This document shows positions 10,809-20,862 of a stretch of 64,000 nucleotides of DNA, piece by piece; positions within the stretch are counted from its first letter, which is position 1, and every line of letters begins with the position of its first letter. Position numbers and translations under genes: made by a program. Under the pieces are notes generated by a model, which did not search any database, was not told the origin of the DNA, and saw only the letters and a list, made by a program, of their open reading frames with translations. Source of the DNA: an uncultured Bacilli bacterium (GTDB taxonomy: Bacteria; Bacillota_I; Bacilli_A; RF39; UBA660); assembly GCA_964018915.1 (NCBI GenBank), contig CAXHRJ010000001.1:224636-288635 (forward strand). The letters run 5' to 3'.

Positions 10809-10952
10809 GTTATTTATTATTAAAACTATTAATAATGGGCTTGTAGTAGAAAAGTAAATAAGTGAGAGGAGTATTTCACACTTATGCTTTATCAGCTAAC
10901 AAAATCATTATATTAGACAAATGTGTAAATTACGTGATAATGAGGTGAAAGA

Positions 10953-11477
10953 TTACCAATTATCATTAATAACACGAATAAGAGCCATCATAAATGATTC
11001 ATAGATTAGTTGCTTTCTAGTGATTTTACCATGAGTTAAGAACCCGATACCACCCTTGCTATGACCAGAATCATCGTCTGCAAAAATTCTATCCATTACA
11101 ACACCTAATCCTTCCGTAATGATTGAATCTACATAAGCTTCTGGAATAGGATAGCTAGGACTAGTAGAATAACTCTTTAATCCCTCATCATTTTCAATAC
11201 CTGCTACACTAGTAATCATCCAAGAATCAAAATAATTATTGATACCTGACTCTACAGCTACATAGTAGTCTACCTTTATATTATTTTCTTTTGCATATTT
11301 TTTTAAATTTTTAATTCTATTTTTAGTACCCTCACCTATTTCATTATTTTTAGGCATCTCTGGCACTTCTGATGAAGCATTTACCACTTCTATCTCTACA
11401 TTTTCAAAATAAGTTTCAAATGCCATTCTACAGGCATCTACTTTTACAATATTTTCAGTTGCAATTAATATCTTCAT
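10953..11477 (-). CDS. yjjX: inosine/xanthosine triphosphatase (YjjX-family non-canonical NTP phosphatase)
   Basis: MKILIATENIVKVDACRMAFETYF..VVNASSEVPEMP is a YjjX-like N-terminus. GGAGG lies 5 nt upstream of this ATG. I rejected the longer ORF to 11657 as an unlikely hydrophobic extension. Confidence 0.7.
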   Translation of the reverse strand: MKILIATENIVKVDACRMAFETYFENVEIEVVNASSEVPEMPKNNEIGEGTKNRIKNLKKYAKENNIKVDYYVAVESGINNYFDSWMITSVAGIENDEGLKSYSTSPSYPIPEAYVDSIITEGLGVVMDRIFADDDSGHSKGGIGFLTHGKITRKQLIYESFMMALIRVINDNW

Positions 11478-11587
11478 AACTACCTCCATTATCATTATAT
11501 CAATAAGACTGAAATTAGGCAATGAGAAAAATAAACCATTAGATATTCTTTTTTTTATTTTTATGCTATAATGAGTATGGTGATAGA

Positions 11588-12115
11588 ATGAAAAAAATAA
11601 ATAAACTACTACTATGCATACTTTGTATAGGACTACTTGTAGGATGCAACGAAACAAAAGAAGAAAAGATGGAAGCCAATCTTACAAAAGATATCTTAAT
11701 TGATGAAGAAGGTGCAAGTGCCGTTTGTCAAATAGATTATGACTATACAGATTCTGAAGGATATGTTATGGGAGCAAAATTTGTGATCTTTACTGATGAA
11801 AATGATATTGTCACAAGAATTGTTGGGCAACAAGTAGCTGCTTCTAATAATAAAAGTAAATTATCTACCCTACAAACAAAAATGGAAGAAACTTATGAAA
11901 GAGCAAGTCAATATGGTGGATATAAATATGATATTAAAATATCTGGAAAAAAATTAATAATCAATACAGATATTGACTATACTGAATTAAATTTAGAAGA
12001 AATGGCAAATAATACAGAATCATTAGATGCGTATTTAACAGATGATTATCAATATACGCTGTCTTCTATTCAAGCAATGTACATGTCTACTGGTACAGAA
12101 TGTCAAACAAAATAA
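11588..12115 (+). CDS. lipoprotein of unknown function
   Basis: Signal peptide with the lipobox LLVGC. Divergent from yjjX. Confidence 0.6.
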   Translation: MKKINKLLLCILCIGLLVGCNETKEEKMEANLTKDILIDEEGASAVCQIDYDYTDSEGYVMGAKFVIFTDENDIVTRIVGQQVAASNNKSKLSTLQTKMEETYERASQYGGYKYDIKISGKKLIINTDIDYTELNLEEMANNTESLDAYLTDDYQYTLSSIQAMYMSTGTECQTK

Positions 12116-12145
12116 AACTGGAAAAACTCCAGTTTTATTTTTGTA
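12113..12145. terminator. bidirectional terminator shared by the convergent lipoprotein and queH genes
   Basis: ACTGGA(aaaac)TCCAGT perfect stem flanked by an A-run and a T-run. Overlaps the 3' end of queH. Confidence 0.55.
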
Positions 12146-12764
12146 TTCCTTTTTCTCTTTCTTTCCTAGAAAACTCACAACCACAATAATCTTGTCTATA
12201 TAAACCATATTCCTTAGATAATTCCAAAGATCTTTTATAACCATTTTTCTTTTTAAAGTCCGCATATAAATAAGGAATTGAATATTGTCGTTCTAATTTA
12301 GAACCAATGTCATTAACCCATTCACTATTTTTATAAGGGCTAATAGAAAGTGTAGTCGTAAAATAATCAAAATGATTTTCTTTTGCATATTGGCATGCTT
12401 TCTTCATACGAAATTCATAACAATGATAACAACGAACACTTCTCTCCCCTAAAGTTTCTAATCCATCAACCGCATCATAATATTCTTCCTTCTGATATGT
12501 TGTTTCCACTAAGGAAACATTATTCGTAAAAGAACATTCCATTAGAAACTTTTTCAATTCTCCTAAACGTCTTTGATATTCTTCTTCTGGATAAATATTA
12601 GGGTTGTAATATAAAATTGTAATATTAAAATACTTATTTAAGTATTCTAATACATAACTACTACAAGGCGCACAGCAAGCATGAAGAAGAAGAGATGGTT
12701 TATCTCTTCTATCTTCAATCTTCTCTAATATTTCATCACATTTCAATTGAAAGTTCATTAACAT
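12135..12764 (-). CDS. queH: epoxyqueuosine reductase QueH (DUF208)
   Basis: LLLHACCAPCSSYVLEYL and the further cysteines CYHC and CGCEF are typical of QueH. Confidence 0.8.
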   Translation of the reverse strand: MLMNFQLKCDEILEKIEDRRDKPSLLLHACCAPCSSYVLEYLNKYFNITILYYNPNIYPEEEYQRRLGELKKFLMECSFTNNVSLVETTYQKEEYYDAVDGLETLGERSVRCYHCYEFRMKKACQYAKENHFDYFTTTLSISPYKNSEWVNDIGSKLERQYSIPYLYADFKKKNGYKRSLELSKEYGLYRQDYCGCEFSRKEREKGIQK

Positions 12765-13513
12765 TCCTCATCACAATAATCTTGCTTTTGAACATCCTCT
12801 ATTGCAGATAAATATGTATTTAATAACTCTTCATGCTGTTTTTCTGTTAAAGCATCATACTTTGTTTGCGTTCCTTCTAAATTTACAGTACCAAGATGAG
12901 TAGTAACAATAGCACCATCTTTTACAAATACTACGAAAGGAACATAAATTCTCTTCTCTCCTGTTTCATATGTTTTACCATTTGAAGTTAAAACATATGG
13001 GTCTAAAACTTCATCTAATGCCTTTAATAAGTCATAGTATCCTTCTTTTTCTTCTTTAATCTTTTCTACTTTCCCATCCTTTACCGCAAAAGTATTCTTA
13101 TATTCATTTACATTTAAATAATAAATAGTATTTACGTTTTTTTCTTCTACAGCTTCTAATAAAACCGGAATAGCATTACGACACCATGGGCACGTTGGAT
13201 ATCCAAAATAAAGAACTCCAGTTCCCTTGTCAAGAATCTCTAAAACTTCTTCCAAACTAGCATATTTGATTGGATTATTCTCTGGAATATTTAACTCTTG
13301 AAAATAATTTCCTTTATCATCTTCACGTTCTTTATTATTATAAGCTTCATATTCTTCTTTAAATCTAAGTCCATCTGGTTGTGTATTAGAGCCACTATTA
13401 GAATTACTGTTAGGAGTTTCTAATTTCTTATCATTTAAAGTAACTGCTATTCCAATAATTGCTACTAAGAAAACAACTATCATCAAAGCGGTTCTTAACG
13501 TTCTTTCTTTCAT
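12758..13513 (-). CDS. membrane-anchored thioredoxin-fold protein (CPWC active site)
   Basis: N-terminal TM helix, a low-complexity SNSNSGSN linker, and a GYPTCPWCRN thioredoxin-like CxxC motif. Confidence 0.6.
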   Translation of the reverse strand: MKERTLRTALMIVVFLVAIIGIAVTLNDKKLETPNSNSNSGSNTQPDGLRFKEEYEAYNNKEREDDKGNYFQELNIPENNPIKYASLEEVLEILDKGTGVLYFGYPTCPWCRNAIPVLLEAVEEKNVNTIYYLNVNEYKNTFAVKDGKVEKIKEEKEGYYDLLKALDEVLDPYVLTSNGKTYETGEKRIYVPFVVFVKDGAIVTTHLGTVNLEGTQTKYDALTEKQHEELLNTYLSAIEDVQKQDYCDEEC

Positions 13514-13521
13514 AAAACCTC

Positions 13522-15270
13522 CTACTCTAATACTGCTTTAATGCGTCTAACACCAGCACTACTAGCTTCTTCTTTCTTTATTCTAAAATGTCCTAATTCT
13601 CTTGTATTAGAAACATGTGGTCCACCACATAATTCTTTTGAAACATTATCACCAATTGTATAAACAGTTACTACATCAGGATATTTCTCAATAAACATAC
13701 ACTCTGCACCAGAAGCGATGGCCTCCTCTTTGTTCATTTCCTCCACAGTAACTTCCAAACCTTCTGCAATCCATTGATTGACAAGTTCCTCTGCTTTTTC
13801 TTTTTCCTCATCTGTCAATTTATGATCACAACTAAAATCAAATCTCATTCGTTCAGCAGTAATATTACTTCCTTTTTGATGAACATCTGGACCTACTGCA
13901 ATTTTTAAAGCTGCATTTAACAAGTGCGTAGCTGTATGGTATTTTGTTTCTGTCTCTCCATCTCCAGCAAGTCCACCTTTAAATTTTCCAGCAGAAGCAG
14001 TTCGTGACAATTCCTGATGTTCCTTAAACTTTCTTTCAAATCCATCTTCATCAACAGTGATTCCACGTTCTAATGCTAACTCCATAGTAAGTTCGATTGG
14101 AAATCCATAAGTATCATATAGGTGGAATGCTGTTACATCATCAATATTTGTCTTATCCCTTGTAGCTTTTTCAAACTCTCTTAAGCCTTTTTCTAATGTT
14201 TTACTAAATTTCTCTTTTTCATTCTTTAAAACATCTAATACTAACTGATAATTATCTTCTAATTCTTTGTAGTATGCTTTATATTGATCTAATATTAGAA
14301 TAGCAATCTTTCTTTCCCAGTCACTATTCATATCAATATTTAAATTTTTTGCATGGCGAATAGCTCTTCTTATCAATCTTCTTAGAATATAACCTTGATC
14401 TGTATTACTTGGTCTAATACCTGCTGGATCTGCACTAATGAAAACAGCTGTTCTCATATGATCTGCTATAATACGCATACTTTTTTTATGTTCATCATCA
14501 TATGGCAATCCTGAAATGTTAGATATAGTATCAATAATATTTTTCCATATACTAGATTCATAATTGTCATTTACGCCTTCTAAAATAGCAGTAGTACGTT
14601 CAACACCCATTCCTGTGTCTACATTTTTATTAGGCAATTCTGTTACTACCCCATTTGCATCTTTATGATACTGCATAAACACATTATTCCAGATTTCTAC
14701 CCAGCGGCTATCTTCTGGATCAAAAATAGTTGGAATTTCTTCATTACTTCTAAAATAGAAAATTTCTGTATCTGGTCCACATGGTCCTGATTCTCCAGCT
14801 ATCCAAAAATTATCTTCAACAGTGCGAGCAATTCGTTCTTCTGGAATTCCTAGACTTAACCATTTATCATGACTCTCTGAATCAAATGGAATAATGTCAT
14901 TCCCTGCAAAAACAGTAACTGCTAATCTCTCTACTGGTATTTTTAAATCTTGTGTTAAAAATTCAAAACTCCACTCTATGCTTTCTTGTTTAAAATAATC
15001 TCCTAAACTCCAGTTCCCTAACATCTCAAAAAAAGTATGATGTGTAGTATCTCCAACTGAGTCCAAATCATTTGTACGAATGCATTTTTGATAATCACAT
15101 AATCTAGTTCCATAAGGGTGTGCTTGTCCCATTAAATAGGGAATCAAAGGTTGCATCCCTGCCGTATTAAATAAAACACTAGGATCATTTTCAGGGACTA
15201 CTGGAGCACTTGGTATTTGCTTATGATTATGACGTACAAAAAAATCTATATATAAATCTTTTAAATTCAT
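13522..15270 (-). CDS. alaS: alanine--tRNA ligase, compact form lacking the C-Ala domain
   Basis: Canonical class II AlaRS N-terminus (PSAPVVPENDPSVLFNTAGM, WNNVFMQY, DTGMGVERT). Editing-domain motifs HTATHLL and CGGPHV are present. The protein ends right after GVRRIKAVLE. The ATG at 15270 has GAGGGG 8 nt upstream. Confidence 0.75.
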   Translation of the reverse strand: MNLKDLYIDFFVRHNHKQIPSAPVVPENDPSVLFNTAGMQPLIPYLMGQAHPYGTRLCDYQKCIRTNDLDSVGDTTHHTFFEMLGNWSLGDYFKQESIEWSFEFLTQDLKIPVERLAVTVFAGNDIIPFDSESHDKWLSLGIPEERIARTVEDNFWIAGESGPCGPDTEIFYFRSNEEIPTIFDPEDSRWVEIWNNVFMQYHKDANGVVTELPNKNVDTGMGVERTTAILEGVNDNYESSIWKNIIDTISNISGLPYDDEHKKSMRIIADHMRTAVFISADPAGIRPSNTDQGYILRRLIRRAIRHAKNLNIDMNSDWERKIAILILDQYKAYYKELEDNYQLVLDVLKNEKEKFSKTLEKGLREFEKATRDKTNIDDVTAFHLYDTYGFPIELTMELALERGITVDEDGFERKFKEHQELSRTASAGKFKGGLAGDGETETKYHTATHLLNAALKIAVGPDVHQKGSNITAERMRFDFSCDHKLTDEEKEKAEELVNQWIAEGLEVTVEEMNKEEAIASGAECMFIEKYPDVVTVYTIGDNVSKELCGGPHVSNTRELGHFRIKKEEASSAGVRRIKAVLE

Positions 15271-15274
15271 TTTA

Positions 15275-15922
15275 TTACCCCTCAATCGTTTCTAGCATTT
15301 TTTCTACTACTTCATCTATTGTTAAATTAGTAGAATCTATATATATAGCATCTTCTGTTCTAATAAGCGAACCAACCTCTTTGTGCATGTCATTATAGTC
15401 TCTTTTCTTGATATTATCTAATACATCTTCATACGATGTATCTATTCCCTTAGCCATATTTTCCTTATGTCTTCTATTTGCTCGCTCTTCTACATCGGCA
15501 TCTAAATAAAATTTATAGGTTGCATCTGGGAATACTACTGTAGTAATATCTCTTCCTTCCATAATGACATCGCTATTAGCACTCATTTCTCTTTGCATAT
15601 CTACTAATATTTCACGTAATTTCACAATATTTGAAAGAGGAGATACTATCCTCGTTACATCCATAGAACGAATTTTTTGGCTCACATCTTCCCCATTTAG
15701 ATAAGTTCTGTCCTCTATAAATTCTATTTTTGCATTTTTCGCAATCTCAACAACCTTTTCAGCTTCACTTATATCTATATTATTTTGAATACATTTATAG
15801 GCAATTGCTCGATACATTGCTCCTGTATCAATATAAAGTAGGTTACACTTCTCTGCGAGTATTTTGGAAACAGTTCCTTTTCCACTGCCTGCTGGGCCAT
15901 CAATAGCTACTATTCTTTTCAT
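15275..15922 (-). CDS. cmk: cytidylate kinase
   Basis: IVAIDGPAGSGKGT P-loop and LLYIDTGAMYRA. The start at 15922 has GGAGG 6 nt upstream, inside the 3' end of the transporter gene. Confidence 0.9.
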   Translation of the reverse strand: MKRIVAIDGPAGSGKGTVSKILAEKCNLLYIDTGAMYRAIAYKCIQNNIDISEAEKVVEIAKNAKIEFIEDRTYLNGEDVSQKIRSMDVTRIVSPLSNIVKLREILVDMQREMSANSDVIMEGRDITTVVFPDATYKFYLDADVEERANRRHKENMAKGIDTSYEDVLDNIKKRDYNDMHKEVGSLIRTEDAIYIDSTNLTIDEVVEKMLETIEG

Positions 15923-15923
15923 A

Positions 15924-17084
15924 TTATTCCTCCACTTCTTCAGCATAATCTAAAATTTTAAATTTACGATCAATAAAATTAAATATAATCTTTAAAATTC
16001 CAATAATTGGGGCGGATAACGCCATTCCAATAACACCCCAGAAATGTTGAAAGATAAGTAATCCCATAATAATAGTAACTGGGTGTAATTTTGTTGTTTT
16101 ACTCATAATATATTGTTGTAAGAAGTTTCCTTCAAAGAACTGAATAATAATAATGGATACTCCTGTTAAAAGTCCAACTGTTGGGCTGATAGAAAATCCT
16201 ACAATAAGCGCAGGAACAGCTCCAATATAAGGGCCGATATAAGGAATTACATTGGTAATTGCACAGAAGATTGCAAATAATAAAGGCGCTTTCAATCCAA
16301 TAATACTAAATACAACTCCACAAATAATGAAGATTACAAGAGCATCTAAAGCTACTCCACGAACATAATTTTTTAAGCATTCATTGATTTCACCAAATAA
16401 CTCATTTGCATCTTTTCTCCATTTTTTAGGAAATAAATAAATAAATGTCTCTTCTATGTTATCAAAACTTAATAGTAAGAAGAAGCCAATTACTAAGCCT
16501 ACTAAGAAAGTACTAAGTCCTGAAACAATCGTCTTACCTACACTTAAAATGTATCCTGGTAAAGATTCTACTAAACCACTACCAAATCCCTCTACTTGTG
16601 TAACAATATTTTGTTTCATACTTTCTATATCAAAAGCATCAATAGATTCTACTTTACTAAAAGCATTAGTAAGCCATTCTTCAATTGTTGTAAATAAACC
16701 TGGTAAAGTCTCTACAAAATCTATAATTTGATTATATAAAACGGGAATGATTGTTCCCACTAAAAGAGCTAGTATCCCCAGTAGTAGAACATATGAAATA
16801 ATGACTCCAGGAAGTCTTTTTATTTTATATTTTTTTAGCCATTTTACAAAAGGATTAAATAGCCAAGCTACTACAATTCCTATAAATAATGGGCTTAAAA
16901 TACCTAAAATAGTCATAAGAATATTCCATACATGCAATTCTGCCATAATCCTAAGGCCTACCCATGAAATTAAAATAATCAGTAAAATCAATAATACTTT
17001 TAAAATTTTCTTTGTTACATCTAATACATCATTCACAGAACAATAGTTTACTTGTTTCTTATCATCTCTAAACACATTTCTCAC
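15924..17084 (-). CDS. AI-2E family (PerM/UPF0118) transporter
   Basis: 386 aa with about 8 TM helices and AI-2E-like topology and motifs. Confidence 0.75.
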   Translation of the reverse strand: MRNVFRDDKKQVNYCSVNDVLDVTKKILKVLLILLIILISWVGLRIMAELHVWNILMTILGILSPLFIGIVVAWLFNPFVKWLKKYKIKRLPGVIISYVLLLGILALLVGTIIPVLYNQIIDFVETLPGLFTTIEEWLTNAFSKVESIDAFDIESMKQNIVTQVEGFGSGLVESLPGYILSVGKTIVSGLSTFLVGLVIGFFLLLSFDNIEETFIYLFPKKWRKDANELFGEINECLKNYVRGVALDALVIFIICGVVFSIIGLKAPLLFAIFCAITNVIPYIGPYIGAVPALIVGFSISPTVGLLTGVSIIIIQFFEGNFLQQYIMSKTTKLHPVTIIMGLLIFQHFWGVIGMALSAPIIGILKIIFNFIDRKFKILDYAEEVEE

Positions 17085-17165
17085 CTTTATTCATTATATC
17101 AAATATGAAAGTTATGTGCAAACAAAATAAAGTAAAAATGAGAGATTTGACAAAAAAAGAATTCA

Positions 17166-18251
17166 TTAGAATTCTTTTCTACTCTTTTTGTTTTTTAAAT
17201 ATGTCAAATCATTAATTTCTCTATCATATCCATTTAAAATAATAATAGAAAATCGTTTAGCTGATACATTAGACGGAAGCGGTAATAACTTATCACTTCC
17301 ATTTTGTGGTAAAATTCCGAATACCTCATAATCTTTACAATATTCTTCTACCCCTAAACCAGCCATTAAATAAGGAAACGTATTATCCATTGCATAAATT
17401 CTTCTTTCATTTTCTACATCAAAGAAAAAGCACTTTTTTGATAATTGGACTAAAAGTACATTATGGAAAGTTCCATCTGTTCTGTTTTGTGACACTACTA
17501 CACGACTTCCAATTTCTAGTGTAAAAAGCAAATGTTGGAATGCTAAAGAAGTGATGCGTGTTCTTATATATAAATCATCTGAATCTATAGAATTTTCTTT
17601 AAACTTTGGATTGATAGCATCTACTATAGAATCATCATATTGAGAATTCTGCACTAAAAATTTGTAGATTTTTAAAACATTCTCCATTCTTTCTAACTCA
17701 TTAGATGATTCCTTCAATTCTAAAAATTTGAAAATTTCGCTTACTTTTATTTCTTCTCTTTCCTGAAAAAAATCTTCATTTCCTTGAGTTGTCTTTTTTG
17801 TTAAACCATTTTCAAACGTTGCTTCTTTTGGATCAACTACTAAAGAAAGCAAAGCAGGAAATGATTCAAAATGAATGGCTTCATTTTTATCTGTAGTATT
17901 CTCCATAGGCACTATCTTACTAGAAACAGAATCTATAGACCAATTCCTATTTCTCTCTAGCAACTCCTGTTGTACTGATGTTTCTACAGAATCACTATAC
18001 CTTATTCTATAAATAACATTTTGATTTTCATCTAACATTATTTTTTTTATGGTCACTATTCTTCCTAAAAAAATTGCTTGATCCCCTATTTGAAACTCTA
18101 TATTGATTGGTCCTGAACGATTGGATGATACTTGAGGAGATAAGAACACACACTCACTAAAAGTAACAACCTTCTTATATGTTGTTGGTTTAATAGTCTT
18201 TCTTTTTTTTGATAGAAAATCACTTTGAAAAATATTTAATCCTCTTACCAT
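17166..18251 (-). CDS. hypothetical protein
   Basis: ORF with no recognised motif. The start is chosen at the internal ATG at 18251, which has AAGGGG 9 nt upstream. Confidence 0.4.
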   Translation of the reverse strand: MVRGLNIFQSDFLSKKRKTIKPTTYKKVVTFSECVFLSPQVSSNRSGPINIEFQIGDQAIFLGRIVTIKKIMLDENQNVIYRIRYSDSVETSVQQELLERNRNWSIDSVSSKIVPMENTTDKNEAIHFESFPALLSLVVDPKEATFENGLTKKTTQGNEDFFQEREEIKVSEIFKFLELKESSNELERMENVLKIYKFLVQNSQYDDSIVDAINPKFKENSIDSDDLYIRTRITSLAFQHLLFTLEIGSRVVVSQNRTDGTFHNVLLVQLSKKCFFFDVENERRIYAMDNTFPYLMAGLGVEEYCKDYEVFGILPQNGSDKLLPLPSNVSAKRFSIIILNGYDREINDLTYLKNKKSRKEF

Positions 18252-18325
18252 AGCCAATTTCCCCTTCTTTTTATGTGTACATATGCTACCACATTTCAAA
18301 AATACTGTCAAATTAAAAAGATGAG

Positions 18326-18871
18326 CTATACACTCATCAATTCTGTTTCTTTTACTTTAAATTTTTCATCTACTTCTTTATTATACTTATTGATTAACTC
18401 CTGAACAGCTTCTTCTCCAGATTTAATATCATCTTCTGGAACTTCTAGCTTTCCAATAGCTTTATTAGCATCTTGGCGAATATTTCTTAAAACAATACGA
18501 CAGTCTTCCGCATATCCCTTAGCTTGTTTTACATACTCTCTTCTAGTATCTTCTGTAAGGGCTGGGATATTTAATATAATTACTTCTCCATTATTATTTG
18601 GAGTAATTCCTATATTAGCTTCATAAATTCCTTTTTCAATAGCGCTTATTGAACTACGATCAAAAGGCTTAATAGCTAACTGTCTTGCTTCAGGTATAGA
18701 AATAGTTGCTAATTGTTTTAATGGTGTATCTGTTCCATAATAATTTACCATAACCCCATCTAACATAGCAGGATTAGCTCTTCCAGCGCGAATGTTAGTA
18801 AACCTTTTTTCCATATTTTCAATAGCTTCTACCATTTCCATTTCCGTATTTTCTAATATCTCTTCTATCAT
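18326..18871 (-). CDS. frr: ribosome recycling factor
   Basis: 181 aa with FTNIRAGRANPAMLD and PNNNGEVI, classic Frr motifs. Confidence 0.9.
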   Translation of the reverse strand: MIEEILENTEMEMVEAIENMEKRFTNIRAGRANPAMLDGVMVNYYGTDTPLKQLATISIPEARQLAIKPFDRSSISAIEKGIYEANIGITPNNNGEVIILNIPALTEDTRREYVKQAKGYAEDCRIVLRNIRQDANKAIGKLEVPEDDIKSGEEAVQELINKYNKEVDEKFKVKETELMSV

Positions 18872-18879
18872 ATATCCTC

Positions 18880-20295
18880 CTAATATTGTTTTCCAAAGTA
18901 AATTTCATATTTTGCTTTTTTACCACAACATACACAAACATCATCTTCTACTTCACGAATAATACATCTTGATTTATATGCTGTATCCTCTTTTATCTTA
19001 TTTTCACAAGATTGTTCTCCACACCACTTTATTTTAATAAAACCAGTCTTTTCTTTTGTAGTATTCAAAAACTCATCATAAGTAGATACTTCATAAATTT
19101 TAGAATCTCTTCTTTTTTTAGCACTCTCAAAAAGATTATTTTGAATATCTACTAACAATTCCTCCACTTTAGATACTACATTTTCTTTAGGAACTTTTAT
19201 TTTTTCTAAAGTATCTCTTCTAACTAGTGTTACTTCATTATTTTCCAAATCTCTTTTTCCTATTTCCAAACGGATTGGATATCCTTTTACTTCTGCTTCA
19301 GCAAACTTATACCCAGGAGACTTATCTGTTCTATCAACTAAGAAGGTAATATCCTTTGCTTTTAAATCAGTTGTTATATTAGATACTACTTCTTCCACTT
19401 CGCCAATTGGTATAATTACTACTTTAGTAGGTGCTATTTTAGGTGGCAATACTAATCCATGATCATCTCCATGTGTCATAATAAGAGACCCAATCATACG
19501 AGTAGTTACTCCCCATGAGGTTTGATATGGAGTTTCCAATTCATTATCTTTATTTAAAAATTGAATATTAAAAGCCTTAGCAAAGCCATCTCCAAAATAA
19601 TGACTAGTACCATTTTGAAGGGCTACTCCATCATACATCATAGCTTCTATTGTATAAGAAGCTTCTGCACCAGCAAATTTTTCCTTTTCTGTTTTCTTTC
19701 CTGTTACAACAGCAAGTGCTAAATAATTTTCCTGTACATCTTTATAAACATCTAACATACGTAATGTTTCTTCTAGCGCTTCTTCTTTTGTAGCATGCAT
19801 CGTATGTCCTTCTTGCCATAAGATTTCTCTACTTCTTAAAAATGGTCTCGTTTCTTTTTCCCATCTTACAATAGTACACCACTGATTATAAAGAAGTGGC
19901 AAATCACGATAAGATTTAATAATCTTCTTAAAATGCTCACAAAATAATACCTCGCTAGTAGGTCTTACAATCATCTTGTCTACTAACTCTTCTTTTCCGC
20001 CATGAGTTACCAAAGCCACTTCTGGGGCAAATCCTTCTACATGTTCTTTCTCAATATTAAATAAGCTTTCGGGAATAAACATCGGCATCTGTACATTCAC
20101 ATGCCCTAACTCTTTAAATTTCTTGTCTAAAACAGACACTATATTTTCCCATATAGCATATCCATATGGGCGAATAATCATACTTCCTTTTACAGAAGAA
20201 TAATCTACTAAATCGGCAGCTTTACAAACATCAGTATACCATTTAGCAAAATCTACATCTCTTGATGTAATCTTTTCATTGTTCTTTTCACTCAT
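18880..20295 (-). CDS. proS: proline--tRNA ligase, archaeal/eukaryotic-type (short class II form)
   Basis: 471 aa. N-terminus DVDFAKWYTDVCKAADLVDYSSVKGSMIIRPYGYAIWE and a C-terminal zinc-binding CxxC..C pair, typical of ProRS type 3. Confidence 0.9.
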   Translation of the reverse strand: MSEKNNEKITSRDVDFAKWYTDVCKAADLVDYSSVKGSMIIRPYGYAIWENIVSVLDKKFKELGHVNVQMPMFIPESLFNIEKEHVEGFAPEVALVTHGGKEELVDKMIVRPTSEVLFCEHFKKIIKSYRDLPLLYNQWCTIVRWEKETRPFLRSREILWQEGHTMHATKEEALEETLRMLDVYKDVQENYLALAVVTGKKTEKEKFAGAEASYTIEAMMYDGVALQNGTSHYFGDGFAKAFNIQFLNKDNELETPYQTSWGVTTRMIGSLIMTHGDDHGLVLPPKIAPTKVVIIPIGEVEEVVSNITTDLKAKDITFLVDRTDKSPGYKFAEAEVKGYPIRLEIGKRDLENNEVTLVRRDTLEKIKVPKENVVSKVEELLVDIQNNLFESAKKRRDSKIYEVSTYDEFLNTTKEKTGFIKIKWCGEQSCENKIKEDTAYKSRCIIREVEDDVCVCCGKKAKYEIYFGKQY

Positions 20296-20337
20296 TTTAT
20301 TCCCTCCACATTAAAATTATATCATAAAGTTTTCTCT

Positions 20338-20364
20338 TTGTTTACAAAAAAAGATATTAACTAT
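20338..20364 (-). terminator. bidirectional rho-independent terminator downstream of the lipoprotein gene
   Basis: AAAGATA(gttaa)TATCTTT followed by T7. Confidence 0.55.
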
Positions 20365-20366
20365 CT

Positions 20367-20816
20367 TTATTTGCATGAAAAACTTGCGCTCTCCATAAAA
20401 GTTTTAAATTCATCATAAGATAAATCCTCTATTTCAGCAGTTGATAAAGATTCTTTACCAGTAGCATCTAATTCAGCCATCGTAACCTTTAAATCTACTC
20501 TAATCTCTTTTTTACCTTTAGAAGAAGTACATTTAACACCTTTCATATCTTGATAGTTATCACATGATTTTGAAGCCTCTTCATATTCACTATCAAATTC
20601 CTCATCTGATGTACCATCATCATAAATAGCAATGGCGCTCTGAGTATAAGCTTTTATTTTTTCTCCCTTGCTATCAAAGTTAAGAACATATTCCATTCTA
20701 TTAGTTCCATCTTCTGATATATTATAGCTACATACCAATTTTTTTCCTGAATCACCACAACCACTTAAAAGACTAATGCAAATAGCAGTAATCACTAACA
20801 TAACTATTTTTTTCAT
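20367..20816 (-). CDS. lipoprotein of unknown function
   Basis: MKKIVMLVITAICISLLSGC is a signal peptide plus lipobox. The start is the ATG at 20816. Confidence 0.55.
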   Translation of the reverse strand: MKKIVMLVITAICISLLSGCGDSGKKLVCSYNISEDGTNRMEYVLNFDSKGEKIKAYTQSAIAIYDDGTSDEEFDSEYEEASKSCDNYQDMKGVKCTSSKGKKEIRVDLKVTMAELDATGKESLSTAEIEDLSYDEFKTFMESASFSCK

Positions 20817-20862
20817 CCACTCACCTTCCAATCTTATGGAAATATTATACCATATTCCTAAA

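Noticed and set aside
10802-10899. 8-bp inverted repeat GTTAGCTG … CAGCTAAC, 80 nt apart, upstream of the two-component operon
   Set aside because: Too short and too distant to argue for a regulatory site or mobile-element ends without conservation data.
10953-11657. Long form (234 aa) of the YjjX-family ORF
   Set aside because: The extra 60 N-terminal residues are hydrophobic junk overlapping the divergent lipoprotein start region. The internal ATG at 11477 has a perfect GGAGG RBS and matches the family N-terminus.
12035-12265. 76-aa minus-strand ORF
   Set aside because: Overlaps the lipoprotein 3' end and queH 3' end across a terminator. No RBS. Chance ORF.
13513-15285. Possibility that the short alaS results from a frameshift or split gene
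   Set aside because: The ORF ends cleanly 9 nt before the next gene's start, on the same strand. No downstream frame carries C-Ala-like sequence within the window. Only the assembly could be checked further.
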